From assembly GCF_004010195.1 (NCBI RefSeq), contig NC_057719.1, positions 20,428,362 through 20,482,209 on the forward strand: 53,848 bases of DNA, read 5' to 3'. This document shows positions 25,401-38,372 of this stretch, in pieces; within the stretch, counting starts at the first letter, position 1; every line of letters begins with the position of its first letter. A program made the position numbers and the translations under genes. This DNA comes from Chiloscyllium plagiosum (taxonomy: Eukaryota). Below the pieces are notes generated by a model, which was given only the letters and a program-made list of their open reading frames with translations, was not told where the DNA came from and searched no databases.

Positions 25401-27749
25401 TTTATACCTACAGAAAATTCTTAACGGACTAAAGTGCAAATCTGCAATTCTATTAAACACATTTTCTAATATTATTTGTTCATGCAATGAGGCCATTGCA
25501 GCCCATCATTGAAAAATAGTTAAAGTCCACAACATTGCTGTAGGACTTGAATCATACATGGGCCAGAGCAGTTAGAGATGACAGATATTCTTCTCCAAAG
25601 CTCATTAGTGATCGAGATAGGTTTTTATTACAAATTCATGAGATTGTTTCATGGTTACTATTACTTTGACTAGATTTCAATTCCAGATTTTTGTTAATTT
25701 AAATTTACAATGAGAATTATATGTAATTACATGGAGGTATAACATTAATATATTCAGCAATAACTGAAAGTTTGGCTTTATGTACTATGTCTGATATTCC
25801 GATCTTAGAAAATTGTAACCTCCCTCCTGTTGTGTTTTGTTCTGTTTATTTGGATCAAATATTCAAGCTTTGACGCTCAAAACACAGCATTTAGTGTACC
25901 CATGACATACACATTTTAGAACTACTCAGCCCAATTCTTAAGTGTATGCAAAACAATTGTTACTTTTATGAAGTATCGACTTTTGATAAGGTACTGAATT
26001 GCCCATAATAATGTATTAAATAAGTTCTCTGATTCAGTTTTTGCATCTAACATCTAAACTGAACAAAAATAAAATTTGAAATGTTTTGGCCCATTCTGAC
26101 ATAAATCATGGAATAGAGATAAACATGGCACTTCAGGGTTTGTCAAAACAGAGGATTCTACTCTGGATTGTTGTAATAACTCAGCAGCACCTCAAGAGAG
26201 TCCAACTAGCTAACTGCGTGCTAACTTTTCCACTTATAAGCACTGTTCTTTTTAAATTAGCATACATATTGGGGTAATAAAGAATTCATGAGATTATAAT
26301 TATGATTTGATATTCCTGAAGGTTAGTTCAATGAGCCAAAAATGTCTTATTGTGAGAGGTGAAGACAGCATTGCAGGAGTTTGGTTGCAGATCAAATTAG
26401 TCTGCATGTAATTCTCTAAAATCAGATGCACAGCCATAGCTTGTTATCAAAAAATCATCCCTTGCTGCGTGCTACCCATTACCTGAATGTTTGTTCACAG
26501 TGAGCCTCAGCTGGATTTTGTGTCCTGTTATCAGATTCCTGACAGATTTATTATTCAGTGTGTCATTTATCAGTTATTCCATTAATAGTTTCTATTATGA
26601 ACACCGTGATGTGATGGAGCTGGTGCAGATGGTGCTTGCGATGCTGCTTACAGCTGTCACTGTTAAACCAGTGAGAATTAATAATGATTGACATCTCATA
26701 TGCAAATCAACATAGGACAAGTGCCAGGTTGCTTGTAAAAAAACAGAATTTAGAGAAAGGATGAAAAACCTTTGCGCATTTTTACAACATTAGAAGCATG
26801 TATTTAAACCATTTAATATACTTCAGGTATCCATTAGTATTTAGCTGAAGTACATTAAACAATTAATTTCAATTTAATATATTGTTATGGCTTATTCAAT
26901 AATAGATATTCTATGAACCACACAGCTACTGGCCTATATCCAAATTCTTTAGGCTTGACAATCATAGTTTGATGTTATGAAAATGCTAACATTTAAGAAT
27001 CAGATTATTTTCCTTGCCACATTAACCTATCTACTTTCATCAAATGAGCTTGCACCCTGTTAAAGTAATAATCAGTGTTGTCTCATATGACTTTGTATGT
27101 CCTGCATTAACATCTGCACAATAACACTACTAGTCATAAATCCCTGGGATTATATGACAATTGAGATAATATACTGTCAGTTAAAAACAGCTAATAAAGA
27201 ATTTTTATTGAAAATCTTTGCCCTATTTCTGAGTATCTTTAAAGCATTTAATTCAATCTGTCTACTAATAATCAACGTTATAAGTATTCAGCTTTAAGCT
27301 CAGTTATATAGTGTTCTGCATCAGCAAAGATAACAAACTTTACCTGCAGGCATGGCTCAGGACTTTGCCTGCATTTCATTATTCAGAAACAAATCAGTGA
27401 AAACTTGCTTCCTTTGGAATGAATTAAGTCCTGAACTCAACCATCAACAGAATTGCCATCAATTATCTAAATATACTCTTGCATGCATATTCTATGTTTT
27501 TTTCCAAATGTTATTAGGGAAACTACTGTCAATAATGTTGTGGGGAGTTTCCATACTTGAGTTAATATAATGTAAAATCAACCATATGGATAACAAACAG
27601 ATCTTGTTATTTCTTTCAACGGCAGCTGGAATTGGTGACTGCACCATCACTTATTGCCCATCCCTTAATAAGGTGGTGACCTGCCTTCCTGAACAAGTGT
27701 AGTCTGTGTGGTGGACGTATATTAAAAATAGACTTTAGTTCTAAATCAG

Positions 27750-29115
27750 GATGATGTGTGATGATGTGGTCCAACAAATCTGTGCTGGTCAGAAACAAAC
27801 AACAAACAATTCTAATCCCATTTTCCAGCACTTGGTCCATAGCCTGGTATACCTTGGCATTGCAAGTGTACGTTTAAATACTTCTTAAATATTATGAGTG
27901 TTTCTGCCTCTACTACCTTTAGAGACAGTGAGTCCCAGATTCCCAGTACCCTCTGGGTGAAAAACAGTTTCTCACAGTGCCTCTAAACCTCCTGCCCCTT
28001 ACCTCAAATCTATGCCCCCTAGTCATTGATCCCTCACTAAGGGGAAATGTTCCTATCTATGCTCTCACAATTTTAAATATTTCAATCTCAGCCCCTTAAT
28101 TTCCTGTGCTCCAAAGAAAACGACACCAGTCTGTCCAATATCTCTTTGTTACTAAAACTCTCCAGTCCAGGCAACATCCTCGAAAATTTCCTCTGTACTC
28201 TCTCCAGTGCAATCATATCCCTCCTACAATGTGGATTACAGAATTGCACATAATACTCTAGCTGTGGCCTAACCAACATTTTATACAGTTCTAGCATAAC
28301 CTACCTGCTATCAAATTCAATGTCTCTTAACCAATTTATCCACCTGTTCTGTGATCTTAAGGGAATAATAGACATGCACATATGTCCCTCTGATTTTTGG
28401 TGTTCCCCAGGGTCCTACTGTTCATCTTGTTGTCTTTTCCCTGTCCAAATACACCACCTCACACTTATCCATATTTATTTCCATTTGCTACTGATCAGCC
28501 CACCTGACCAGCCCACGTATATCATCCTGTAATGTAAAGTTATCCTCGTCCCTACTTAGCACACTCTAATTTTCATACCATGTACAAACTTAGTGCTCAA
28601 GCCTCCTACATTCAAGTCTAAATCATTTATATGTAGCACAAATGACAAACCCTTCAGCACTGTTCCCATCAGCACTACAGGTTCCCAGTCACAAAAACAC
28701 CCCTCACCCTCTGCTTTTGGCCGCTCAACCAATTCTGGATCCAATTAGCCAAATCTCCTTGAATCTCATGGGCTGTTACCTCTGCTATCTGTCTTCCATG
28801 CAAACCGCATTAAACAACTTGCTAAAGTCTAAGAAGACTATGTAAAACATATTGCCATTACACACCTGATCATCACTTCAAAAGAGCCAATTAGTTGGTC
28901 AAGCATGACTTCCCCTTTACAAAACCATTCTGACTGACCTTGATCCATCCCTGTTTCTCCAGGCACAGATTAATTCTGTCTTTCAGAATTGCTTTCAAAT
29001 GCTTCTCCACCATCACAGTTAGACTTACTGGTCTATAGTTCCTTGATTTATCCTCCCTCCCTTGTCAGATAATATTGGCTATCCTCTAATCCTTTGGCAC
29101 CTTTTCTGTGGCCTG
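27750..29115 (-). mobile_element. CR1 LINE RT and 3' fragment
   Basis: Minus ORFs ELYKMLVRPQLEYYVQF..LERVQRKFSRMLPGL and FVLHINDLDLNVGGLSTKF. Confidence 0.88.
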
Positions 29116-29234
29116 GGACAAATCTCTGCTTTGGCCGATTTGGTATCAACACAGCAACAGTCTTGCTTTTGCATGTGACAAATAATTTTTAAAAATCACT
29201 ATTAAGATGATACCAGCAGACCATTTAACAGATT

Positions 29235-29333
29235 ATTAGATTAGATTAGATTAGATTACTTACAGTGTGGAAACAGGCCCTTCGGCCCAACAAGTCCACA
29301 CCAACCCACCGAAACGCAACCCACCAGACCCAT
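29235..29333 (-). mobile_element. HE1 SINE 3' tail fragment
   Basis: (TTAGA)n followed by cttacagtgtggaaacaggcccttcggcccaacaagtccacacc, the reverse complement of 5440-5527. Confidence 0.88.
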
Positions 29334-29334
29334 T

Positions 29335-30205
29335 ATATAATCAGGCAAAGTCAATATGGTGGTATGAAAGGGAAATCATATTTCACTAATTTATTTTAAT
29401 TCTTTGAAATGGTTACAAGGAAGGTGGATAAAAGTTAGGGTGTAGACTGGTCGATGGATTTCCAAAAGGCAATAAGGACTCATTCTGTAGGCGGTAACAT
29501 ATTAATATACAAGAGGATTTGTTATTACACAGGGAGTAGAGACTAATGACAATGGAGTCATTTTAGAGTTGGCAATCTATAAATTATGGAAGATTGGTGC
29601 TTTGCCTCAACTACGTACAACCAATATGGGTGGGTTTTAATACATCTGCACAGGTGCTTGTCACAATCGCACCTGGAGTATTGTGTACAGTTTTAGTCTA
29701 CCAATTGAGAAAATGCATTCAGAATAATATTAGAAACAATTAAGTGAATGATGAAGAGGTTAACTTATGTAGAATGACTGAGCAGGTTGGTCTAAACTCT
29801 TTGGATATTTAAGAATGAGAGGTGAAACATAGAAAATCCTGAAGGGATTGTATAGAGTGGACATTCAGAAGATGTTTTCCCTTATGTGAGGTTCTATAAA
29901 TAGTGGACACAATTTAGAAATTAGAGGTATCACATTTTGAAGAGATTAGGAGAATTTTCTATCTGTCAAAGTGTTGTTAATTTGTGTTATTCTCCTGTCC
30001 AGTGGGCATTGGAAGCAGTATCATTGAGTATATTCATGGTATCGCTAGATGAAATTACCATGGACAAGGAAGTCAAAGGTTATGAGGCATAGTCAGAGAG
30101 ATGAAGGTGAGGCCACAGCCAGATCAGCTATAACCTCTGGAATGGAGAAGTGAGCTCGAGGGGCTAAGCAGCTTATTAATGTTCCTAATTCTTGTGTTCT
30201 TGTGA
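29335..30205 (+). mobile_element. Old CR1 fragment (RT to 3' end)
   Basis: caaagtcaatatgg..gggaaatca, gatttccaaaaggc (DFQKA), cacctggagtattgtgtacagtttt (HLEYCVQF), agaatgagaggtga; tail ttcttgtgttcttg. Confidence 0.75.
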
Positions 30206-30294
30206 CATCCTGCATTTATCCCTCCATTTTGACTCATACTTAGTCTTTGCTTTAGCCAATTTGCTTTTCATATCACAACCTCCCCAGTATCCAC

Positions 30295-30570
30295 AACATC
30301 AAGGCACTGGTCACGCATGAATATTTTTGATGGGCAGGCCACATATATCCGCATGCCTGACACAAGGCTCCCTGAAAAATGTGCTCTACTTTGAGCTCCA
30401 CCATGGTAAGTGATCACTAGGAAGGCAGAGGGAACACGGCACACTCACTCTGAAAGCCTCCTTCAACAAATGCAACATCCCCACTGTCACATGCGAATCG
30501 CTTGCCAAGCGCAAGCTGCAGAAAGACTGCACATAATCCAGAACAACCCACTTCTTTGAACACGACCTGT
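30295..30570 (+). mobile_element. RTE-clade LINE C-terminal fragment
   Basis: tgggcaggccacata..cgcatgcctgacacaaggctccct reads WAGHI.RMPDTRLP; then ctctactttgagctc and ctgaaagcctcc, typical of the RTE ORF end. Confidence 0.7.
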
Positions 30571-30706
30571 CCCATTCGGGCAGAGTCTGTGCCTCCAAAC
30601 TGGAATAATCAGCCACCACAGAACTCCCCTCAGTAAAATTTGTAGGCTATAAATTTCCAACTCCTGGTCATTCTTGCCTTCATCTGAAATAAGATACAAA
30701 TTTTTA

Positions 30707-30974
30707 TTAGATTCCCTAGAGTATGAAAACAGGCCCTTCGACTCAACAACTGCATACCAACCCTCTGAAGAGTAACCCGTTCCTATATTTACCTTTGACT
30801 CATACACCTAACACTATGGGCAACTTAGCATGGCCAATTCACCTTTGGACAGTGGGAGGAAACCCACACAGTCACAGGGAGAATGTGCAAACACAGTCAG
30901 TCACCCGAGGCAGGAATTGAACCCGGGTCCCTGGTGCTGTGAGGCAGCAGTGCTAACCACTGAGCCACCGTGCC
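30707..30974 (-). mobile_element. HE1-type V-SINE
   Basis: Reverse head ggaattgaacccgggtccctggtgctgtgaggcagcagtgctaaccactgagccaccgtgcc. Confidence 0.9.
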
Positions 30975-32149
30975 TCCTTTGCAAAGGTCCCCTCCTGTCA
31001 TAATACAAGCTAATGATGTTAAGATAATGATAAGTACAGTCCCTTTTTATGTGCCTTTGCTAAAGCAGATTGAGCAAATAGAGGATTGGTTGCATTATGA
31101 TCTTTGCCAGAAGGATGTCGAGCTATCTGCTTGTACTTCCATTGCTTCCTGCCTCTAAAATAGATTCTTGTCTCACTTACCACATTGGGGAGTGGGAGTG
31201 GGGAGGCTGTGAGGAAATCAAGAGTTTTGCCAGCTGGCATTACCGGTAGTACACTCTGTAACATTCCTACTGCTAAAACTGCTGTTGCCCAGCTCCCTTG
31301 GCTGCAATAAGGCACCCATATGGGTGAAGTTGAAGGTTGGTTTTACACCTCCCTGAATATTATCATTCATTGATTTTAATGGAAAAGAAAATCATGTAAG
31401 CTGTCAAGCTAGCATTCAATTCTATTTCTGAGTTACATTTAAAAAAACTCATTGAGGTCTAAAAATGACCTTCCATCTGATCCCATTGGGGGATCTGGGT
31501 TAAAATTACTTCATACGTCTTTGAAGTCTATATCTCTCTGTGAGTGATGAGAACGTACTAGAAATCAATGGGTAAAACACACAGAGAGTCGACAAGCATA
31601 GATATGATAAAATACAAGTGGCTGCAAGACAAGCTCAAATGATAAGACAGTGCAAAGACTTCAGCTGCCAATCATTCTTTTCTACACACTGCAATATTAG
31701 ATCTTAGAATACATCAATATTGTGAGTAAAAGTCTTCTTATTCCCATTCATAGTCACATAGATTTGTCTCTCTTATTGATTGAGAAGATAATGATCCTCT
31801 CAAATTTTCACAATAGAGGCTACAAAGTGATCTATAAGATAAAAATGTGGCATTATGCAACATTGTTTTCTTAACAGTAGACATACCTTCTGATCAAAGT
31901 TATTTGAAATGGGTCAACACAATTGTTTAATGATCTCTGCTGATAATCATTTTATATAACAAGTTTCACATCAAAGCAGTCCCTTCTTTGATTTGAAACT
32001 TTAAGAAACAGAGTGGGTCAGTAAGAACTTACAAAAATCTTTATACTTGGCAGTTGCAGCCTCTTTAGGGAACATGGATATATTTGAGACAGTTCTGCTT
32101 TGAGGTTGCATTTTCCATTTTGCCTGATAAAATGCAAGAAACGTTCATC

Positions 32150-32500
32150 ATGGAGTCATAGAGTCATACAGATGTACAGCATGGAAACAGATCCTTTGGT
32201 CCAACGCATCCATGCTGACCAGATATCCCAACCTAATCTCATCCCACTTGTCAGCACTTGGACCATATCTCTCTAAACCCTTCCTATTCATATACCGATC
32301 CAGATGCCTTTTAAATGTTGCAATTGTACCAGCCTCCACCACTTCCTCTGGTAGCTCATGCACTACCCTCTGTGAGAAAAAGTTAACCCTTAGGTCCCTT
32401 TTATATATTTCCCCTTTCAGCCTAAACCTATGGCATCTAGTTCTGGACTCCCCCACCACAGGGAAAGACTTTGTCTATTTACCCTATCCATGTCCCCATG
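32150..32500 (-). mobile_element. CR1 3' fragment (same subfamily as 17858-19668)
   Basis: GESRTRCHRFRLKGEIYKRDLRVNFFSQRVV..ELPEEVVEAGTIATFKRHLDRYMNRKG; (CTCTATGA) tail. Confidence 0.92.
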
Positions 32501-33151
32501 ACTTGGCTACAGAATTCAGGAATATTATCTGAAGGAGGTAGGAAATCACAGTGTTGACTGCAAAAAGACCCCACCAAGCAGTACAGAGATTCAGGATTAT
32601 TATTTTGAGGCAATTAAGGTATTCAAAGGAAATTAGTACAGCTTCTCTGTCATGCCGAACTGAAAATTGTATTAGAACAAATTGCAACATTGCTATATTG
32701 AACACTGTAAAAGCACATAAAATATACAAAATAAAACATCATTTAATTATTGCAAGATTAAAAGCTTTCAAGTCAGGAATACAGCTGCATTTAGACACTA
32801 CAAAAATTAAAACAGCTTTAATAGAAGAAGAAAATAATCAGATTAAGAAGACCTGGAAGGAGAATAATACTACCACAGAGATTTGGTCTCAGAGATGAGC
32901 CAAACAACACAGGATTGTACACCTTGGAGAAAGGAATTGTTAAGATACAGAATCACTTCAAATTTAAACTAGAAATTCAATTGAAATTGGTCAGTAAGCA
33001 TAATAGTAATTATGGACATTTTTAAAAAATCTTCTAATGTGATATGTTTATTTTTTAATTTTATGAACAATTAATAAAAATGACTTTTAAAATGATGCCA
33101 AGCACCACAACTAACTAAGAAGTGTGATTTTTTTTCCTGTCTCAGTTAAAA

Positions 33152-33446
33152 TCACAGCACCAGGGTCCCAGATTCGATTCCAGCCTTGGGCGACTGTCTG
33201 TGTCAAAGGAAATTCTCCCCGTTTGTACATTCTTCCGGTGTCTGCGTGGGTTTCCTCTGGGTGCTCCGGTTTCCTCCTACAGTCCAAAGGTGTGCAGGTC
33301 AGGTGAATTGGCCGTGCTAAATTGCCAATAGTGTAAGGTGCATTAGTCAGAGGGAAATGGGTCTGGGTGGGTTACTCTTCGGAGGGTCTGTGTGGTCTGG
33401 TTGGGCTGAAGGGCCTGTTTCTACACTGTAGGGAATCTAATCAAAA
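33152..33446 (+). mobile_element. HE1-type V-SINE, 5'-clipped
   Basis: B box, V-domain and gggctgaagggcctgttt tail. Confidence 0.88.
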
Positions 33447-33647
33447 ATAGCAGAGAGAGAAATCAAGAGAGAGAGACTACATTCTAAATCTTGATCACCA
33501 AGAAAGTGGTTTGGGACTGGTTCTGAGCTAGGGAATAATGTTTAACTAATACTGACCTGTTCACCTCTATTGTTGCACACTCTGAGCTACTCGCGGTGGA
33601 ATTCATAAGAAGGTGAGAGTCAGAATAATGTTCCTTTTCAGGCTTGG

Positions 33648-33740
33648 ACAGAAATTGCTGGGAAAACTCAGCAGATCTGGCAACATCTATGGGGAGAAAA
33701 CAGAGTTAACACTTCAGATCCAGTGATCCTTCTTTAGAAC
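33648..33740 (-). mobile_element. Solo PLE-terminus element with decayed HHR
   Basis: Minus strand reads GTT CTAAAGA A GGATC-ACTG-GATCT GAAG TG TT AAC, followed by an agatgttgccagatctgctgagttttcccagc tail. Confidence 0.7.
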
Positions 33741-33849
33741 ACATTCTAGCATTAAATAGTAGTAGATTCAGAAAGGAATATAATAAGTTTGGGACTATAC
33801 AAGATAAATATTTTAACAAAATTTAAACCTAATTAGCTATATCAGACAT

Positions 33850-35340
33850 GGCATTATGGGTGATGTGTTGTTCTTATATGATACGGATTCCATTGTGAGC
33901 CACACTGACATCTGCAGTAAGTGTCTGCAGCTTGAGAAACTTTGGCTTCGAGTTGCTGAGCTGAAATCCAAGCTTCAGACACTGTGGTACATGTAGGAAT
34001 TACCTTGACACTATGTTCCAGGAAGTCACTGACTGGAGCTTAAATATTTCAAAGTTGGCTACTAGCCAGAGACAGGAGGTTGTCACAACAAGTGAAGCAG
34101 CAAGAGGGATCCTGAACATAGCATTGGAGGAGATTCAGCACATGATCTTGCCAACAGGTATGAGGACTTGCTCCTTCATGGATGAGGAAAGAGTCTGAAG
34201 GGAGGATGGTCAAACTGCATACTGCATTGTAGTCCGTTCAAGTAGGAGGAACACAAATAATGACAGTAGTAAGGAGTTCTATAATTTGAGGGACAGATAG
34301 CATCCTTTGTGAGCAAGATTGAGAGTCCCACATGGTGTGTTGCCTACCTAGTGCCGAGGTAAAGGACACCTCGAGTCGGCTTGAGAGGAGACTGGAGATG
34401 AAGGGGGGGAATGCAGTTTGTGGTCCATGTTAGCACCAACATAGGAAAGAGTAGGCAAGAGGTCTTGTTTGGGCAATATTAGGAATTAGGAACAAAATTT
34501 AAAAAAAACAGGACCTCAAAGGTTACAATCTCTGGATTATAACTTGAGCTATGTGCAAATAAGCAAAGCGATAAGAATGTGAGGAAAGTAAATGTGTAGT
34601 TAAAGGAGAGGAGTGGGAAAGAGGCGTTCCATTTTGTGGTGCACTAGCATCAGCCCTGGGATGGGGATGAATTCTCCTGCCATGACGGACTCCATCTGAA
34701 CTGACCCGGGACCAGGATTCTAACAGAAACACCAAATAATGTGATCACAAGGACTTTACGCCAGTTAAAGGGGGGAGTAGGGCTCAGGAGAGGTTATTAA
34801 AGATTCCAGGACAAGCAATTGGACAGAGATAATTGGAGGGATCAGTACTGTATGGTCAGACAAGGGGACAGATATAAGAAGGGGTTAGTCAACACAGGAC
34901 TGATGACATTTTACTCCAATGCATGCAGTATACAAAACAATGTAAATGAGCTGGTAGCGCAGATTGAAATTGGTGGGAATGATGTTGTGGGCATCACAAA
35001 GACATGGTTACAGAGGTTCAGGGCTGGGAGCTAAATATGCAAGGATACACATCCTATTGAAAGGATAGGCAGAGGGAGCCTTGTAAATAATAAATCAAAA
35101 TAATTTGATAGCAAGAAGTGATTTAGGTTCACAAGACAGAGATTCTGTGTGGGTAAAGTTCAGGAACTGCAAAGGAAAAAGATTGACCCTGATGGATGTT
35201 ATGTACAGGCCTCCTAACAGTATTCAAGATATGGGGCAGAAAATAAATCAGGAGATAGAAAAATCATGTAAGAAAAACACTATTAAAATAATCATGGGAA
35301 GCTTCAATATACAGGTGGACTGGAAAAATCAGATGAGTTA
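33850..35340 (+). mobile_element. CR1 5' region: decayed ORF1 (zinc finger/leucine zipper + SGNH esterase) and start of the ORF2 endonuclease
   Basis: CSKCLQLEKLWLRVAELKS at about 33913; GTDSILCEQD*ESHMVCCLPSA at about 34290; VHVSTN; DGLHLN at 34684; then FYSNACSIQNNVNELVAQIEIGGNDVVGITKTWLQ and MYRPPN..MGSFN. Confidence 0.85.
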
Positions 35341-35439
35341 AAGAAATACAATGCTGGTCTGAAGCAGCAGGAGAGTGTCTCCGGAATCAGTGGACTGGAC
35401 TATATTCATGTATTCAGTCCCACTAATGTTTCCACTAAT

Positions 35440-35750
35440 CAGAGAGATTTTGGTTCAAAGGCACACCTCAGAGTGAAGAGATGACCCTTTAGAACTGAGA
35501 TGAGGGGAGTATCTTTAGCCAGAGAGTGGTAAATCTGTTGAACTTTTTGCCACAGAGGGCTGTGGAGGCCAAATCTTTGGATGTATTTAAGACAGACATA
35601 GGTAAGTTCTTAATTCATAAGGGGATCAAGGGTTATGGGGAGAAAACAGGAGAATAGGGTTAGAGACAGATTAGCCATAATCAAATGGCAGACCAGATTC
35701 ACTGGGCTGAATGGTCTAATACTGCTCTTTGATCTTAAGGTCTTATGACA
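35440..35750 (+). mobile_element. CR1 3' fragment
   Basis: agccagagagtggtaaatctgttgaactttttgccacag, ggatcaagggttatggggag; tail tcttaaggtcttatg. Confidence 0.85.
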
Positions 35751-36477
35751 TAATGGATGGCATAATGGTTGCCATACTTAGGAGCAAGGGCAATATATAT
35801 AGATAAAGGACCTCAACAAGAATGGTATGTTTATTCAAGAGGCAGTGGACCAGCAGGGATTATGGTAGCTCATGGGGTTCTCCTGAGGAATCGTGGAGAC
35901 CTTGTCCCAACACTAAGTAATCATCCATCGGTGCTTGATTCAGGACATGCAGAAGAGTTATGAAATTTCCTGAAGACTTGAATTTGTCCAGTCACAGACT
36001 TGAGCAGGGATGGGACAGTCATAAATGTAAATATAGAAATATGTCCAAAATTACAACCGTTCCTTGTGGGAAAAATAAACTTGGAGGGAGGTATTGTACA
36101 AAAAATGGTTCTGAAAGGATCACTGATAGAGACTAATTTAAATTCTCCCTAATCTAATGATGTGATCCATTCTTGGATTGAGAAGAAAATGAGATCCCAT
36201 TGACTCCTATTTAACCAGCCAAAATAACATGCCTGTTGTTATCTTCCAATATTTTATATCTTGTTAAGACAAATGGCTCTTCTTGTTAGGACTTGCTAAT
36301 AGTTTATCCTCTGCCACCATTAACCAAATCGGCACTTAGACCCAGTGCAGAAATCAATATTAGTAGCAGCAGTCTACTCCAACTAGTAACTGTTTGTAAT
36401 TCACTCTCCAAACATGCATCAAAATCCAAGCTGTTCACCCAATATCAACTATGGTCAAACCTTAGTTTAACAACATC

Positions 36478-36930
36478 AGCCATAGGAGCAGGGGTAGGCC
36501 ATTTACTCCATCAACCTTTCCCTGTCCCTCAATTATATCATGGCTGGTGCTTCAACATCGGTCCTAAATGAACTGCCTTTATTCTATGACTGTCTTCCAT
36601 CTCCCAGTTTGTAAAAACATCCATCTTGAAATTATCCTACTAGGCCCTGTAAGAATGTTGCATGCTGAATGTGATCACCTCTCAGAGATAACTGTAGGGG
36701 ATATAGGTCTAGTTTATTTAATCTTTCCTCACATGAGGATTCCTTCATGCCAGGAATTAGCTTGATGAACTTTTCTTGCATTCTCTATATAGCCAATGAA
36801 TCCTTCAATAGTAACGAAACAAAAACCAATTGCAATACTCTAGCTGTGGCCTCACCTAGGTTCTACATAACTACAGGAATACCATCTTTCTTCCTATATA
36901 CAAATCCTCTTGTAAGAAAGGCCGACAGGA
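36478..36930 (-). mobile_element. Old CR1 3' fragment
   Basis: ataggagcaggggtaggccatt tail; aaccaattgcaatactctagctgtggcctcac (reverse of the RPQLEYC region). Confidence 0.72.
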
Positions 36931-37189
36931 TGTCTTTGAAATGGGCATTAAAAATGTTAAATGTATCTAATTGTCATCAATGAATTTTAAGTGTTTTATT
37001 TGCTCATGATTAATATATTCTTAGGTGGATGTGTACATGTTCTTAATCTTAATTGATGCAATTTTAATAACCGAGTGATAAGCTCTCGCACACTTAAAAC
37101 TGACAACATTTATTTTGTTTCTCAGAATATTTACCCTCAAGACTAATGAAATGTGACACTTGACTCACACACATTTCCAACTGTGCAGA

Positions 37190-37532
37190 TGATGGCCTCG
37201 TGCTATGATCGCAGGACTGTCTAATCTAAAAATTGAGGTAATGTTATGGGAACCTGGCTTCAAAAACCACCATGATAGAACTTGAATTCAGTTTTGAAAT
37301 TAAAAAATGAAATTAGAAGTCTAATGATAACTATGAATCAATTGTTGATTTGTCTGGGGGAAAATCTATCTCGTTCACAAAAGGGAACTGCTACCCTTAC
37401 CTACTCTGGTCTACATGTGATTCCAGAGCCGGAACAATGTGGTTGACTCTTAATTTCCCTCTAGGAAATTAGGAATGGGCAATAAATGCTGGCCTAGCCA
37501 GTGATGCCCTTATCCTGTGAATGAATAAAAAA
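37190..37532 (+). mobile_element. tRNA-derived SINE family B
   Basis: Degenerate A/B boxes; tail ggaatgggcaataaatgctggcctagccagtgatgccct..gtgaatgaataaaaaa. Confidence 0.75.
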
Positions 37533-37724
37533 TGCACAGAAAAATATTGGACGATAACTAAAGTGCTTTCAAGTTGTCTCGGCACAAAATTGTTCTAAAT
37601 TCTAAGGGTAAACTTCGTCAGTCTAATTGAGAAATGTAATAATTTTCATTCAAATTATAAATGCAGGTTTGCAATGACAATTATATATGTATGAAATGGT
37701 CAGTGTTATAGTTACATTTAGGTC

Positions 37725-38075
37725 ACTGGGTGGTTATGTCACTGGACTAGCAACCCAGAACACCAAGTCTATTTTCTGGGGACATTGGTAAAAATCCCAT
37801 TTATGGCTCTTGGTGAACTGTGAATTCAATAAAAGAAGTCTGGAATAAAAAGTTGACCGGGTGGTAACCTTGTAACCACTGTGAACTGTAATAGAAACAC
37901 AGCTGGCTCACAAATATCATTTAGAGAAGAAAATCTGCCATTCTTACCTGGTCTGACCTACATGTGACTCCAGATGCATGGCAATGTATTGGCTCTTAAC
38001 TGCACCTTAGACAATTAAGGATGGTCTATTAATGCTGGCCTAGTCACCAATGCCCACATGATTGAATAAAAGAGA
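37725..38075 (+). mobile_element. tRNA-derived SINE family B
   Basis: gtggttatgtcactggactagcaacccaga head; same body and tail as 37190-37532. Confidence 0.75.
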
Positions 38076-38094
38076 GAAAAAAAACCTCTGAGAT

Positions 38095-38372
38095 TTCAGC
38101 ATTCTGTGCACTTTCAATTCTCATTAATGGTCACCACGTCAATCGTGCCTTCTTGGTCCTGGCCATCAAATTTGGAATTCTCTCATTAAAACTGTCTTCA
38201 CTTATGTATCCCTTCCCTTCTTTAAGACATGCTTTACAAACTACATATTTGAGCAGACTTTTGGTCAACTACCCACAATATTTTCTAATTGTCAAATTTT
38301 GTTTTTCCGAAACCTCCTGTGTAGTGTCTTTGGATGCTTTTCTACAATAAAAGTACTATAAAAATTCAACTT
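38095..38372 (+). mobile_element. L2-like 3' fragment
   Basis: gtgccttc..tttggaattctctc..tttaagacatgctttacaaactacatatttgagcagacttttgg..tctacaataaaagtactata. Confidence 0.55.

Noticed and set aside
32551..32898. 115-aa Lys/Ile-rich ORF
   Set aside because: No ATG start, AT-driven composition and no recognisable domain.
37072..37096. Third copy of the 41-bp repeat (gagtgataagctctcgcacactt)
   Set aside because: Short gapped similarity with several mismatches; cannot be told from chance.
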